Of a stretch of DNA of 64,000 nucleotides, positions 51,937-64,000 are shown in pieces. This DNA is from Camelus ferus. Taxonomy: Eukaryota. The translations under genes and the position numbers were made by a program. Numbering within the stretch: the first letter of the stretch is position 1; every line of letters starts with the position of its first letter. The DNA lies in contig NC_045696.1 of NCBI RefSeq assembly GCF_009834535.1, positions 16,370,001-16,434,000 on the forward strand. The letters run 5' to 3'. Below the pieces are notes generated by a model. That model searched no databases. It was not told the DNA's origin and was given only the letters and a program-made list of their open reading frames with translations.

Positions 51937-52036
51937 CTACTTGCATTCGTTTCCCACGACACCTGCGGTGTCCAATGGAATTACGGGCTTCGCAGGCGTA
52001 TTCGCCACTGTCCAGTTTTGAAACAGTATTAAATTG
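51937..52036 (-). CDS. JAM2: JAM2 exon 6 (Ig C2 domain, second half)
   Basis: QFNTVSKLDSGEYACEARNSIGHRRCRGKRMQV; aaatag / gtaagc; 100 nt. Confidence 0.96.
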
Positions 52037-53275
52037 CTATTTGGGGAAGAAAAATAAGTATGTTTTTAAGCAATACATCTATCAATAGACTCCTAAAAGA
52101 ACCGTTTTCCTTAAATTTAGCATTGTTAGTCTTTTTTTTTTTAATGACTTAGGACTTTATTATACCTTTGCTGAGAATTTAAAAACCTGCCACTCCTCCA
52201 AGGAGTAATTAGCTAGGCCACCTGTCTAATTTGACAGAGAAAGACTTAAACAGATATGGGTAAGTGTCTTTTTGTGTGTGTGATACTGAGAAAGCAGTAC
52301 GTTAGGAAGGCAGTAGGCATTTTTTAAAGTTTACAGCACATGGTAGTGTTCAGTATTCTAGGTATTTCTAATTCCTAGGAAACACCATTTATAAATGAAG
52401 GCCTTGCTGGCCTTAAAGGACAGTTTTCTAAGTCACAAGTAAGTTTATGGCAGCAGTAAACAACGAACACTTCCTCTAAAGACAGTAGTTTAGGGCCTAG
52501 GAAAGCCTTAATCAATGCTGTTTACTGGATTATAAATTCCATCAGCTGTTGAATTTTTGAAAATTCTGAGAAGATCAAGTGTAACCCTTGCTCAATCTAT
52601 TCCCTGCCAAAGCAGCTGAAAGGTAAGACTTTGATACAATAAGCTTCATAATTGTTACTAGCAGTGTTAGCATCTTGGAAAATTTCTGGAAGGAAGGAAA
52701 GAAGGGTGGGTAGAAGGGATGGATGGATAGATGGATGGAAGGCCAGAAGTTAGTTAGTTAGGAGGGAGGAAATGCAGTGTGTCCTGGCCACTTTAAAGGA
52801 TCCTGCCAGGACCAGCACAGAGGGTGAGAATCATCCTTCCAGCACCCTCCAGTCACACCCTCAAAACCGCAGTGGTCACCACTGTCTGCATCCTTGAGAG
52901 GCCATGATCCTCTAAGGAGCACATCCTCACTGTCTGGTACCCACACACGAGGTATGTTCCTGAAAACAGCCTTCTCCTCTTCTCCTTACCCACTACTGAC
53001 ACCCCTCTTCCTCCTGTGTACCTCAGCATGGTGCAGCAGAAAGCTTCTCCTTGTGTATTCTCACCACATGGAATCAATCCTCAAAGCCAGACTTCTTTAC
53101 AAACCATTCACCATGAACTCAGAGCCAAGGTTATGTATAAACCACAAGCTAGACTCAAACGGGAAATGATCTCCCAGCACATAACTGGTGATTAAAAGGG
53201 AGCCACTGTCATCCACACACTGAGTCTTTGGCAAGTTTCTCAGAAAATAACCCATCCTGGTTATTTTGGGATATT

Positions 53276-53344
53276 TTGGGAGCCGAGTTTGGGATTCCCC
53301 AACAAACGGATGCCATCCTTAAACCACGTGTATTCAGGAGCTGG
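53276..53344 (-). repeat. Perfect 69-bp direct copy of part of JAM2 exon 5 (54582-54650) within intron 5
   Basis: 69/69 identity by direct comparison. Confidence 0.95.
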
Positions 53345-54536
53345 TGCCCTGGTGCCTCCCTTTGACATCACAGATATTTCAAGGGTTGAGGTTGACTGAG
53401 GAAAGTGAATCTATTTCATCTCAGACCTGCCTTGGGGCTTTTTAGCACCTGGTCTGAGAAAAACTAAATTTGAAAAGTAAATATAGCCAAGTGTGACTGC
53501 AGGTTTTCTGCCCAATTTCTCGATGTAAAAATCACTCGGAGCTGCTGACTGAGCCTGCTGACTGGGCAGGGCCAGGGCAGGGCCTCCTTCCTTAAGGAGT
53601 AGCCGAGATGCTGATTTTTTAAGTCACTTTATCAATACACTTGATTAGTTACCAGGGGATCTAGTTTCTAAATATCATTGTGCACTTGGAGACTGAAGGA
53701 ATGAAAGGAAACATTAGACCATCCTTATAAAATTCATTAAAATTTTTATTACCATGCCTTTAAGATTCTTTGATTATAGTGATGCTAGTGAGTCTGCATC
53801 GCTGGAAGTCAGACATGTTTAAATTGACATATTATTTTGAATGAAAAAAAAAGCCTCAAATTTTTTTTTTAAAACATAGAAAGGTTCAAATTTAATGATC
53901 TTTTTTGTAAACTCCTCATCTCTACCCTAAAAAGTCAGGGACAAAACAGTAAAAATACTCTTATTTGTAAATGTCATTAACTTTAAAGAGTTTATTTCTA
54001 GATTTCCAGTAGGATTCCTTAGAAAGGCTTTTCAGTCATCAGACAATCTGCCTAAATCCAAAGCAACAGATACTCAAGTCACAGAGTCTGTTGCTGACGA
54101 ACTAGCCATGGCAGAGTTTAATGACACAGACATCCTATCATAGGTTAGCAACAGTCACTATTCTCACGTGGCTGGCACTGAGGTCAGCGTGTCCCTAAGA
54201 GAGTGTTCGTGAACTTCCCTGATATTATAAAAATGAACGCGCTTAGTACCTTCCCTGGCCTGATCCATCACCATGAATCCATGCCAGCCTGTTTCAGGTC
54301 CCTGGCACAGGCCTCGGTGTGCCCGGCTCCCTAGGTCTCTGTCTTGTCTTCCCATCTCCTGGGGCAGCTTTTCCCATCACTTCTCTGTGCGAGCGCCGTT
54401 ATCTTTCCTGCTACCCCCTCCTTTCTCTACTTAACAAGCAATGGTATCAGCCTTCTGTTCTCCATCACTGCAGTTCTAATAATTTCTTTTTCCAAATGCA
54501 AGACAGTTATTAGGTCAATGCTTGAAATGACCTTAC

Positions 54537-54739
54537 CAGAGTTCCAGATTTTGTGTTCACTGTATATGAGCTGTTGGTGCCTTGGGAGCCGAGTTTGGGA
54601 TTCCCCAACAAACGGATGCCATCCTTAAACCACGTGTATTCAGGAGCTGGATTGCCTTCTTTGTCTTGACATCGCAGCTCTACCACAGTTCCACTCAGCG
54701 CAGAGTTGGGTACTTCACATGACGGAACTGCTGGAGCCA
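54537..54739 (-). CDS. JAM2: JAM2 exon 5 (Ig C2 domain, first half)
   Basis: (V)APAVPSCEVPNSALSGTVVELRCQDKEGNPAPEYTWFKDGIRLLGNPKLGSQGTNSSYTVNTKSGTL; ccttcag / gtaagg; 203 nt. Confidence 0.97.
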
Positions 54740-55463
54740 CTGAAGGATGGACGGCAGATGGTACTGGTTATTGACAATCTAAACACGGGTTTTAACAGCC
54801 AAGTGAAGGTGGACTTATTGGATATCTGTGATAGAGGCCTGTCTCCTTTCTTCATAGGCACACAGCTAGAGCACATTTGCTAGCCCCTCTGCAGCCAGAT
54901 GGGGTCACCCGCATGACTTCTGGCCAATGGAACGTGGGGAAAAGAGATACATGCTATTCCCCGGCCTGAGTATAATTCTCCATCACTCATTCTCCTCACC
55001 ACTCCACACCTACCAAGGAGGTGTGGTGACCCCAGAAAGCTATGTAGTAAAGACGCCAGATTTACATTAGCTTGGGTCTCTAATGATTTCGTGAAGTAGA
55101 TCAATGTAATTCCACCACTACCTATCTCTGGCCCAACTACTTAGACTTTACTTACATGAGAAAGAAACTTCTATTATGTAAGCCACTCAGGGCTGACGTG
55201 TTATAATTAGCAAACATTATATTAGCTACTACAACATCTATTCTTTGTTAGATAAACAATCTCTACTTCTCCCCTCCCCAATGGTTTTAATGTATTATTA
55301 CCAACTATATTTAAATAAGTCAATCTTGAGGATATTTTCAGGACCAGTACTCAAAACTAAAATCCTGTTCAGGCCAGCACAGAGAATAGCTGTGTTAGGG
55401 TTATTCCTGTCCCAGGGATTTGTAAACCAGACTTTACTTAAATCCAGGATGCCCCAGACATGT

Positions 55464-56010
55464 CTGTGGTAGGCAGAATTCTAACACAGTTGGGCCCCCA
55501 AGTTCCCCAGCCCTGGTGTTTATACAGTTTCTCTCAGTTATTTAGTCAAACACTAATCTAAAGATTGTACTCTGAAGGGATTTTAGAGTTGTAATTAAAG
55601 TCCCAAATCTATTGTCTTTAAGATACAAAGATTACTTACATGGGTCTGATCTAATCCCATGACCTCTTTCAAAGGAGTTTTCTCTGGTTGGTAACAGAAG
55701 GGAAATGCAGAGATTCAAAACACAAGAAGGATGCAACATGCTTTTGTTAGACTGTAGATGGGGAGGACCACGTGGCAAGGAATGTGGTGGCTCTAGGAAC
55801 TGAGTGTGGCCCCCAGCTGATAGCCAGCCTGGAATGGGGACCTTGGTTCTGCAACCAAGGAACTGAAATCTGCCAACAGCAAGAATGCGCTTGACATTGG
55901 CAGCAGATTGTCCCCTCAGAGCCTCCAGCCAAGAATGCAGCCCAGCTGACTCCTTGATCTCTGTGCCCCGAGATACCCTGGGCAGAGAACCCAGCCATGT
56001 TCTAAGCTCC
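55464..56010 (+). mobile_element. MLT1-type solo LTR
   Basis: tgtggtaggcagaattctaa...ccacgtggcaaggaatgtggtggctctagg...cagagcctccag...ggcagagaacccagcca. Confidence 0.7.
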
Positions 56011-56910
56011 AAGTTTCTGATCATTTGTTCTAGAGCAACAGAAGACGCCAGCTGAATCTTCTGCAAGTTCTACTGATTTAAATTTCTTCTCTACTAGTGT
56101 AGTGCTAGTATTTGAGAACGAGCCTGGACTATGTACAAAAAGGAAAAGGAGTTATTTATTCTCTTTGCTTGGCAGTTAATACCAACACCTGTGGAGCAGA
56201 ACAGATCATGTTCCTCCACCAATTGTCACACTGGGAAGTTCTTTTTTTTCTTTTTTCTTTTCCCCTTTCTTTTGTTTTTCTGTATCAGTGATTTTTAGAG
56301 TAACTAAATGTATTAGCTTTGGAGTTAACCCCATCAGGATCCAAAGCCTGGTCCAGACACTTAACTAGCTGTGCAGCCTTGGGAGAACCACTTAGCATCT
56401 ATTTCCTCATCTGTAAAAATCAGGTTGTCAATGAAGATTAAGTAAAATCACATACACGAAAGAGCCCAACACATACCAGCTGCACAGTAAATGCTAGTTT
56501 CCTTTCTTTACCAAAAAGACTTCTGTCCTTCTCTGGTCTACTTTTTGATTTTATTGCTTTTCTATCATCTCACTTGAGACATTTTATATGGCAAAAGAAT
56601 TACGACATATGCTGAAAGCGACCGAAAGATAAACCCTTGGGGAAAATGCTTCTACATACAGTGTAGGACCACTAAGATTTATTTCAATTGTAAGTGAAAA
56701 GAGATTTTGTCCTAATTAATTAATAACAGTAACATTTCAGCAGCCAATGAGGTGAAGAGGAAAAATAGCCAAGATTTTTTTCAGGAAAGGTGGTGCTGGT
56801 GGTCCGCTTTTATAACTTTACCTTCCTGGCCCCAACTGTGTCCCTGCCCCAGGGCTGGGTGAGGGGGACGAGGGTGGGGAACAGTAATCACACAGATACA
56901 AGCACATCAC

Positions 56911-57063
56911 CTAATACTTCTAGAGTGACCGTATCCTCTTCCAGGTTTTGACCTTGTTCAGATGGGGCACTGACTTCACAACGGTATTTCCCGGCATCCT
57001 TTCTTGTAACATTTTTGATCCGGATGCTAAAATCAATCATCTCAGCTCGATCTTTAAAATCAC
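56911..57063 (-). CDS. JAM2: JAM2 exon 4 (Ig V domain)
   Basis: (G)DFKDRAEMIDFSIRIKNVTRKDAGKYRCEVSAPSEQGQNLEEDTVTLEVL; tctaaaag / gtgatg; 153 nt. Confidence 0.96.
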
Positions 57064-58463
57064 CTTTTAGAAAAAGAAGACAATGACATTAATAACGATG
57101 CAATAACATTCTGTCCGCTACCTTCCTTTCATCTCTCAGTAACCAACACATTTATTTTCCTATTAGCTCAACTGAAAAACTTAAAAATTATATATGAGTG
57201 CTATTTCAAATTTCTTTTTTTTATAACGTCATACTGTTCACAAAAGAACGTTCAGTTCCATATTCCCATATTTTACTTTAAGGAATTCAGTCCTCAGTCC
57301 TCCCCCCTCCCCTTTCTAGGATGCTTATAAAAATACTCGTATCTTCAAAAGATGCTGCAGAGCCTAGTTCAATTAGCTGGGATGGTAACTTTACGTGTGG
57401 TGGCTCACACCATGCTGCCACAGAAGAGGTGAGAGGGTTCTTTTATCACCTTCTTTTGGTTGGTTTTTGATAGCCGTGTATGTGGAATTCAAATCGTGTT
57501 TTGTATGACGTTCAGGTGCCAGACTGACAATTATAGAAAATTCAAGAAAAGACAGCTGTTCTATTATCTCCCTGCTGTCTGTGGTCTATCTTGACAGATA
57601 AGAACCAGAGGGATATTTTAAATTTTCTATGAACTTTAAACATTTGTTCACTTGTTTAATTCTCTAAAATGAAAGTAACACATGGTATTTTAAAATAATA
57701 ACACATTCATAACAGTTATTGAGTTATAGCACCAACTTTTGAAATATTTATAATGGAGAATTTCAAGTATACACAAAATTAGGGAGTATAGTAAAATAAA
57801 CCTCAGTGTTCCCATCACCCAGCTATAACAGTCATCAATGCATGGCCTATCTTATTTTATTGGTGCCTTTAACCTCTGGATTATTTTAAGCCAATCTCAG
57901 ACATCATTGTATTTCATTCATCATTATCAACACTTTAAATTAAAAGCTCATATATCCAACAAGAAGAGTAGGAGTGTAAAGAAATGTCTAACAAATAAAC
58001 AATTTTAAAAAGAAAGTGCCGGATAAAGTTAATTGTATTTACCCTCCACTAAGTCCTACCTCCCTAGGCTTCTCAGTGATGGCTTTCTCGGTGGTGATAC
58101 GGAAACAGGGTAAATTATCACAGCTAAGCAGTGACCTTCCATCCCAACCCGACACCATCTTTTCTTCTTTGCTCTCAAGAGTTTAACCTACTGGGCCAGC
58201 GAGAACAATTACACCTTATATACTCTAGGAATGAGCTGAGAAATGAGGGGTCCAGGGCCACCATGGAGTCCACCCGCTTCTGTTCCCTGTCCTCTGTTGT
58301 GGTGGTTGCTGTGATTTGGGTCTCAGTCCCTGTTAGTTTCATCTCACACTTACAGAGACACGTTTTCAGTCAGCAGCCACATCCTGCTCTCGCTGGTTAA
58401 AGAAAGGATCTGGGGTACTCAGCCTTCTCTTATTCTCACCTCGTCAGGTCCCCAGCTTCTTAC

Positions 58464-58571
58464 CTTGAAGAGCCTGTTGATAATAAACAAAGGAGACACT
58501 CCGCCCCAGTTTCTTCCACTCTAGTCTGGAGGAGACGGTCTTCTTTGGGTATTTACAGGCTAAAATAGCCT
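58464..58571 (-). CDS. JAM2: JAM2 exon 3 (Ig V domain, RLE dimerisation motif)
   Basis: (E)AILACKYPKKTVSSRLEWKKLGRSVSFVYYQQALQ; gtccctag / gtaaga; 108 nt. Confidence 0.96.
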
Positions 58572-59201
58572 CTAGGGACAACAACAAAAATACTTGTTTT
58601 CTAATTGTCCCTGTGAAGTTACATTTTACTTATTTAATAAACTTTTAACATCCTTAAATTATCCTTTGATATTTCAATTCGTTCATTCATTCATTCACAA
58701 GTTACCTCACCAGTTACCAGGCTGGCTTAATTCAAAGATGAACTGAAAGCGTTATGACTCTTGCACATAATTATCTGTGACACCACTACTTTCCCTAGCT
58801 CTTGAGCCTCAGTGACCATCTGTAAAATAAGAAAGTATGTCACAGAGTTGGTGTGAGTCTTCATATACAATAATATATGCCAAGCCTACCCACCGTAGGT
58901 CCTTGACAAATGGCAGCTATGATTAATTATTTATCTTTTTCTTCCCAGTCTCAGTCTTCAAGTTTATAGTTTGGTAGAAGAGATAAATAAGATAATGTCA
59001 TTTCAGTCCAATGTGATGAGGGCCAGGACGGAGGTGAGAAGAGGGGGCTTCACACCTAGTGCCGAGGAAAGGCATTTAGTCTAGCCCAGGCCACACTGTG
59101 GAACCCACCCCAAACGTCCCTTCAACACGCTACATTCTCCATCAGATCCCTTCTTTGATAATAACTCTGCAAATACATTAATACAAACCCAATATGGTCT
59201 T

Positions 59202-59286
59202 TTTTTTTTTAAATGGAGGTACTGGGGATTGAACCCAGGACCTTGTGCTTCCTCAGCACACACTCTACCACTAAGCTGCATGCTCC
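59202..59286 (-). mobile_element. Short tRNA(Ala)-derived SINE with poly(A) and TSD
   Basis: Same family on the minus strand; 14-bp TSD cccaatatggtctt (59188-59201) / cccagtatggtctt (59287-59300), 1 mismatch. Confidence 0.85.
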
Positions 59287-62200
59287 CCCAGTATGGTCTT
59301 CTAATAAATGACTGACTCCTACTCCTCTCCTCAGTCCAGAAAAGTTATTAAAAGGTCTAATCTTGGCATCAAGTTTAACTGCCTCAGTATAGCTCCCCAA
59401 GGTCCCTTTACCACAGGAAATTTACTGCAGTTGCATTGTTGAAGAATTCCTGGAACCACCCAAGGAACGAACCCCTTCTCTTAACTGTCCAAACAAGATG
59501 ACTGAGGGAGGAGGAGCCCGGGACCTGTCTGCCAGCTGCTTCAAGGTGCCACATAGAAGCCTCTAGTCCTAAATCTGTTAAAAATACCTTTCAGCCAGGC
59601 TCTCTAGAGTGTCACCTTCCTATTTCTAAGACTTTTTTTTCCCTCTAAAATGCGTACAGTTTGACCTAAAAAACCCAGTATCTTTTACGAGAAGAGAAAT
59701 TATGTAAAAATTCTTTCCATATCTCTGATTTTGATGTTAAGCAGATTTAATGCCATTTAAAAAAATAATTCAGGATATTACATGATATAGTTGAGTGAAG
59801 AGCAATACTTATAAATATTTATCCCAGGTTTTATTAAAAAAATATATATAGACATAGACCAAAAGCCTGTAGGAATATGTATGAAAATATCAACCCAGAG
59901 GTAATTTCTGTGGGCAGAATTACGATTTTTTCTGTTACATGTAGTTTCGAATTTTATTTTTAGTTCCACACATATTGCTAGAAATATAGAAATCGAATAA
60001 TAAGTAATGGAATGCAGAAAGTAAGACAGAGAAAAGAAAGGCAAGGGAAAAAAATCCAAAAGTTGCTTTCAAGGAGGCCTAAAGTTTGAAAGCAGGCTTT
60101 ACATTACAAACAGACATCATTTTACAGTCATGTTTACAATTATGCCGCATGGACAAATGCGTGCTGAGGGACTTGTCTGAGGAAACAGAGTTCTGTTCTG
60201 TTGATTAAGGAGAATGGGCGGTGGTTTTCCGGAGTCTTGAGTTTTAGATAGGTTTCCTTCCCGTATTTTGTTGAGTTTCCAACAATTAAACACACACCCA
60301 CACTCATTATTTAGCCCATACTCCTAGGTCTTAGGAATAAATTTATCAAATAATCACATTGTTTCATATATTTACCTAGACACACACACTCCTTTTTGTG
60401 AATTCTTCCTGATTCCTATCCTCATTGCTCTGTGGAAAACCTCTGCAGAAATTATATTACAAAATGTAACCAATGGTTTTCTTGAGTGCAGTCACTCCCC
60501 TCCAGCCTCAGTCTCATTGACCATATAAAATGTGGAGAAATGGTCTACTCAGTTTGTCCAAAATATATTGGGTACTTGCTGTGTGTCTGACACTGTCCTC
60601 CAGCTAGAACAGGGAGCAAACCAAAGTTCCCTGCCCTTTGGGACCTTACAATTTGCAGGGGGTCAGACACAGAAGAAACAACATAAAGTGAATTGTACAG
60701 TATGTTAAAAGGTCATGAGGGCTATGGAAATACCGTAGAGTAGGTCAGAGTACAGGAAGTTCGGGAATGCTGGGGGACGGGGGTGCGATTTAAAAAAACA
60801 GAATAGTCAAAGTGCAGCTCATTTATAAGGTGACATTTGACCAATGACTTTAAAAGAAGGAATTTGAATTTAGAATTTTCCATGTGGTTCTTTGGGAGTG
60901 TTCCAAGCAGGGGACTACCTTGACCTTCAAAACTGTGAGAAATAGTAAATCTACTGGAATCATAGGGTCAACATCTCAAAAAAAGAACTAAGTGAACTTA
61001 GAGCCAGCTACCATGGACTCTCCTTTCTATTTCAGCCAAAATTCAACGTTCTGGCCAGCAGAATTTCTGTATCTAGCCCCCAGGGTTACTATACCATATT
61101 CATAATAGAGTTTAAGGCATGGGTTTTGGAGTTAGACCTCTGTCATAAACTAGATGAGTAATTTTGAGCAAATTGTTTAAGTTTTTTAAAAAAGACATGA
61201 TTATGTTCACAGCTGTAAAATTAGAACAACAGTACACATCCCACAAAGTTGTGTAAAGATTGTGCACATGGTACTTTGTAGAAAGTACATGCTCTGTAAA
61301 TGGTCAGTATCACTCTCACCCATGAGGCACTTCTCTTACTTAGAGTTGTAAGCTTGTCTTGACATGATAGAAATCCATACTTAATACCATCACAAATTTC
61401 CCCCCCAAATTACTCAAATCTGAACTAAAATGTTGCCTGTGTTTGAGACAAAGAAAATAATACAGACATAAGTCATACTTTCTCCAAGCAGGCATATTAA
61501 CACAAAAAAAATGCGCTAAGTTTTTCTCTTAAGATGATCATTACATTGCCAAAAATATCTGTTTCAGTCTGGATTGAGAAGAGAGAATTCTTTGTTTAGA
61601 AAACGCATTTTCTCAACATGCAGCAAAAGAATCACTTTGAGGAGTCACATAGAATCATTAGGGATTTTAATTTTTCTAAGATTCTGTATTGCTGACTATC
61701 ATTTGATTTTTTTCAAATGTTCTTTTTTTTTCATTTGATTTTATTCTCTGTGCTCAGGTTAAAAATCATCAAAAATCTTACATAATGCAAGAAGACAATG
61801 GAGACTACCAAAGTAGCTCTGAAGAATTAGCATAAATTACCTCTGTGAAGAAAAGCACGCTGTTAAATTCTGATTTATCGCTCTCAGGGTTGAACACCCT
61901 CTGCGTAAGGCGACTCATGTTATTTATAAGCCTAGCAGAGCAGACCTCATTTTACTCGATTTGCTTTTGGCATCACTGTGGGAAGTGATAGAGAAAAGCC
62001 ATACTGAAAAGAAGGAATTAATTAATTTATGATTTACTGGCATCAGAGAGACAAGAGACAAAAAAATTGAATGAATTGGGGGGAACACACATCTGCAGAT
62101 ACATAAATCATAAAATACTTCAGACTTTAAGTAAAATTAAGTTACTGTGTAAAATATCCTAGACCTGAAATGTGGAAGAAGATAGAAATTAATTTTGCTT

Positions 62201-62394
62201 TCTGGGAAGCCACGTTGGAATGACTGGAGCACATATAAAATAGAATCAAAATGTAATTTTTAATTAAAAGGAGCAGAGGTGAAACCAAAAAAATAGAAAA
62301 CACTTATTTGGGAGTAAAAAAGACCAATGTTTGATGGCAATAAATATAGAAGGATTTTCTATATTAAAAATAAAACACACATTTTAAAGTGATA

Positions 62395-62550
62395 TAAAAG
62401 GTACAGGATTTTCATTTAAAGTAATGGAAACATTTTGGAATGAGATAGAGGTGGTGCTCACACAACACTGCGATTGTAATAAATGCCACTGAATTGTTCA
62501 CTTTAACATGATGGATTTTGTTATGTGAATTTCTCCTTAATACATTTTTT
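62395..62550 (+). mobile_element. L1MB-type 3'-end fragment
   Basis: gatagaggtggtg...cacaacactg...aatgccactgaattgttcactttaa...tatgtgaattt. Confidence 0.7.
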
Positions 62551-63384
62551 TTAAAGTAATGTTAAGACTCAAGAGTATACTTTTGGCATCCTAATTCAGG
62601 TATCTTGGCATAGGGCCTGGGGATCCAGGGACGAATATGCACAGTATCCAGCTGGACCCAACAATAAGAACCTCCCGGAAAATAAAAGTAGGAGAAATTA
62701 ACTTCGTTTCCTTTGTCCCACGTGGACATCCTGACCTACCTTTTCCTCGCACTGTGCTCAGTCATTGGCTCTTCCAGTCTCCTTTTGGGCACCTCACCCA
62801 GCCCTGTTTGTCTTCCCTATAAGCACTCCATTCTCCCAAATTACTTCCAATCATTAATTCCTTTTCCCCGCCTCTCCCCATTTCAGACTAATTCCTGATG
62901 AAGAGTAAATGTTTTCTTAGCTTAAACATGTAAAATATTAGGACTTAAAAGAAACTGATTAACCTAAATACTTATTTAAAGTGAATGACAGGCTGGTTCT
63001 TATTACAGCATATTTTTACTTAACAAGCACAGAGAACAACTTACTAGATGCCAGGCACTACTGAAAGCACTGGTTAAATAGCAGTTCATTTAATTCCTCC
63101 TCACCCCAGCCCTCTTTTTTAATCTTGGTCTCTTTACTCCAAACCTCTCTCTCTCCAACTCCAGAACCTAAGGCATGCCTGAAGAAGAGGGATTGGACAT
63201 TTGAAACCTGTTTCTTAAATGCTTACGATCTAAAGAAGCATCATATTTAACAAACAGTAATTCTGGTTGTCCACTATTATTAACGTGTTCTAGGTAAAAG
63301 ATCCTTCAGAAAAGTAGTAGTCTGTCAATATTTGAAGTAAATTTATAAAAGCTTATAATTCTTTTTGGTTATTAGAGCTTTACA

Positions 63385-63560
63385 AGATTTTTTAAATTGT
63401 AATAAAATACACATCACTTAAAATTTACCATCTTAATGATTTTAACTATACAGTTCAGTAGCATTAAATATATTCACATTATTGTGCGATCAAACTCCAG
63501 AACTTCTGCATCTTGCAAAATTGATACTTTATACCCATTAAATACCAACTCATCCCTTAT
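63385..63560 (-). mobile_element. L1 3'-end fragment (antisense)
   Basis: aaaatttaccatcttaa...tacagttcagtagcattaa...ctccagaac...acccattaaa. Confidence 0.7.
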
Positions 63561-63996
63561 AAATATTTTAAGCAGCTAAAATAAATAACAAAATGTTACC
63601 TCCAAATAGGATATATCAATGTTACCTTAAATACATAGAGTTTTGTATCTTAAATACAAAGGGTTTGCAATGCTAATTTCCCTTTGCCAAATCTAGCTGG
63701 CTGGAAACTGCGAGATCTTCGCCTCCCAGTTTTACAAATTAGACTGGCTTTGTTGCAGGTACTTTATGTAATAAGAGACCTTCTTTGTACAGCAGGTCTT
63801 TCGTGGAATATCCAGAATTTCCACTGAGGAGGTGGAGAGAGAGTTCTCAGGTGGAAACCGCAGCAGGGAGCAAGCAGCCTTTGAGGCAGAGGAGTCAGTG
63901 TGAAGGGAGGTGGAGGTTTCTCACAAACAGACACACATGCCACCCCGGTGAGGTCTTTAAACAACACAGCCCATGAAGATCAGTAAGGTACTCTAC

Positions 63997-64000
63997 CTTG
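63997..64000 (-). CDS. JAM2: Possible last 4 nt of JAM2 exon 2 at the window edge
   Basis: Minus strand reads CAAG|gtagag; JAM2 exon 2 should end ...Y-Q-(E) = CAA G in phase 1, matching the exon 3 start. Only 4 nt are visible. Confidence 0.4.

Noticed and set aside
53276..53344. Exon 5 copy as a mutually exclusive exon or processed pseudogene
   Set aside because: Covers only the middle of the exon; no pyrimidine tract or good donor, no exon-exon junction, no poly(A).
1..64000. CRISPR arrays, operons, rRNA, snoRNA or miRNA genes, U12 introns
   Set aside because: No repeat-spacer periodicity or recognisable RNA genes seen; all identified introns are GT-AG without the U12 GTATCCT donor.

Overview
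Mammalian (non-primate) genomic DNA, AT-rich and full of transposon remnants. It covers the conserved GABPA - ATP5PF(ATP5J) - JAM2 block, syntenic with human 21q21. GABPA is on the - strand: non-coding exon 1 plus coding exons 2-9 are present, and the last exon appears to lie left of the window. ATP5PF is on the + strand with a complete 108-aa CDS in 3 coding exons, and it shares a CpG-island bidirectional promoter with GABPA. JAM2 is on the - strand, converging on ATP5PF: coding exons 3-10 are present and exons 1-2 lie at or beyond the right edge. All exon junctions were read by hand and are GT-AG with consistent phases. tRNA-Ala-derived SINEs and the lack of Alus suggest a camelid. Most ORFs in the supplied track are spurious or are exon read-throughs. 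I found no new gene system, CRISPR array or prokaryotic feature. The most unusual signals are: (i) a perfect 69-bp copy of JAM2 exon 5 inside intron 5 with fold-back and micro-duplication junctions, resembling a repair-templated insertion; (ii) an L1 carrying an apparent ~200-bp 3' transduction inside a 16-20-bp TSD; (iii) a twin-primed inverted L1; (iv) interleaved alternative first exons and a second NRF1/CCAAT promoter module, including an in-frame N-terminal extension of ATP5PF. Repeat family names and ortholog comparisons are from memory, not from a database search.
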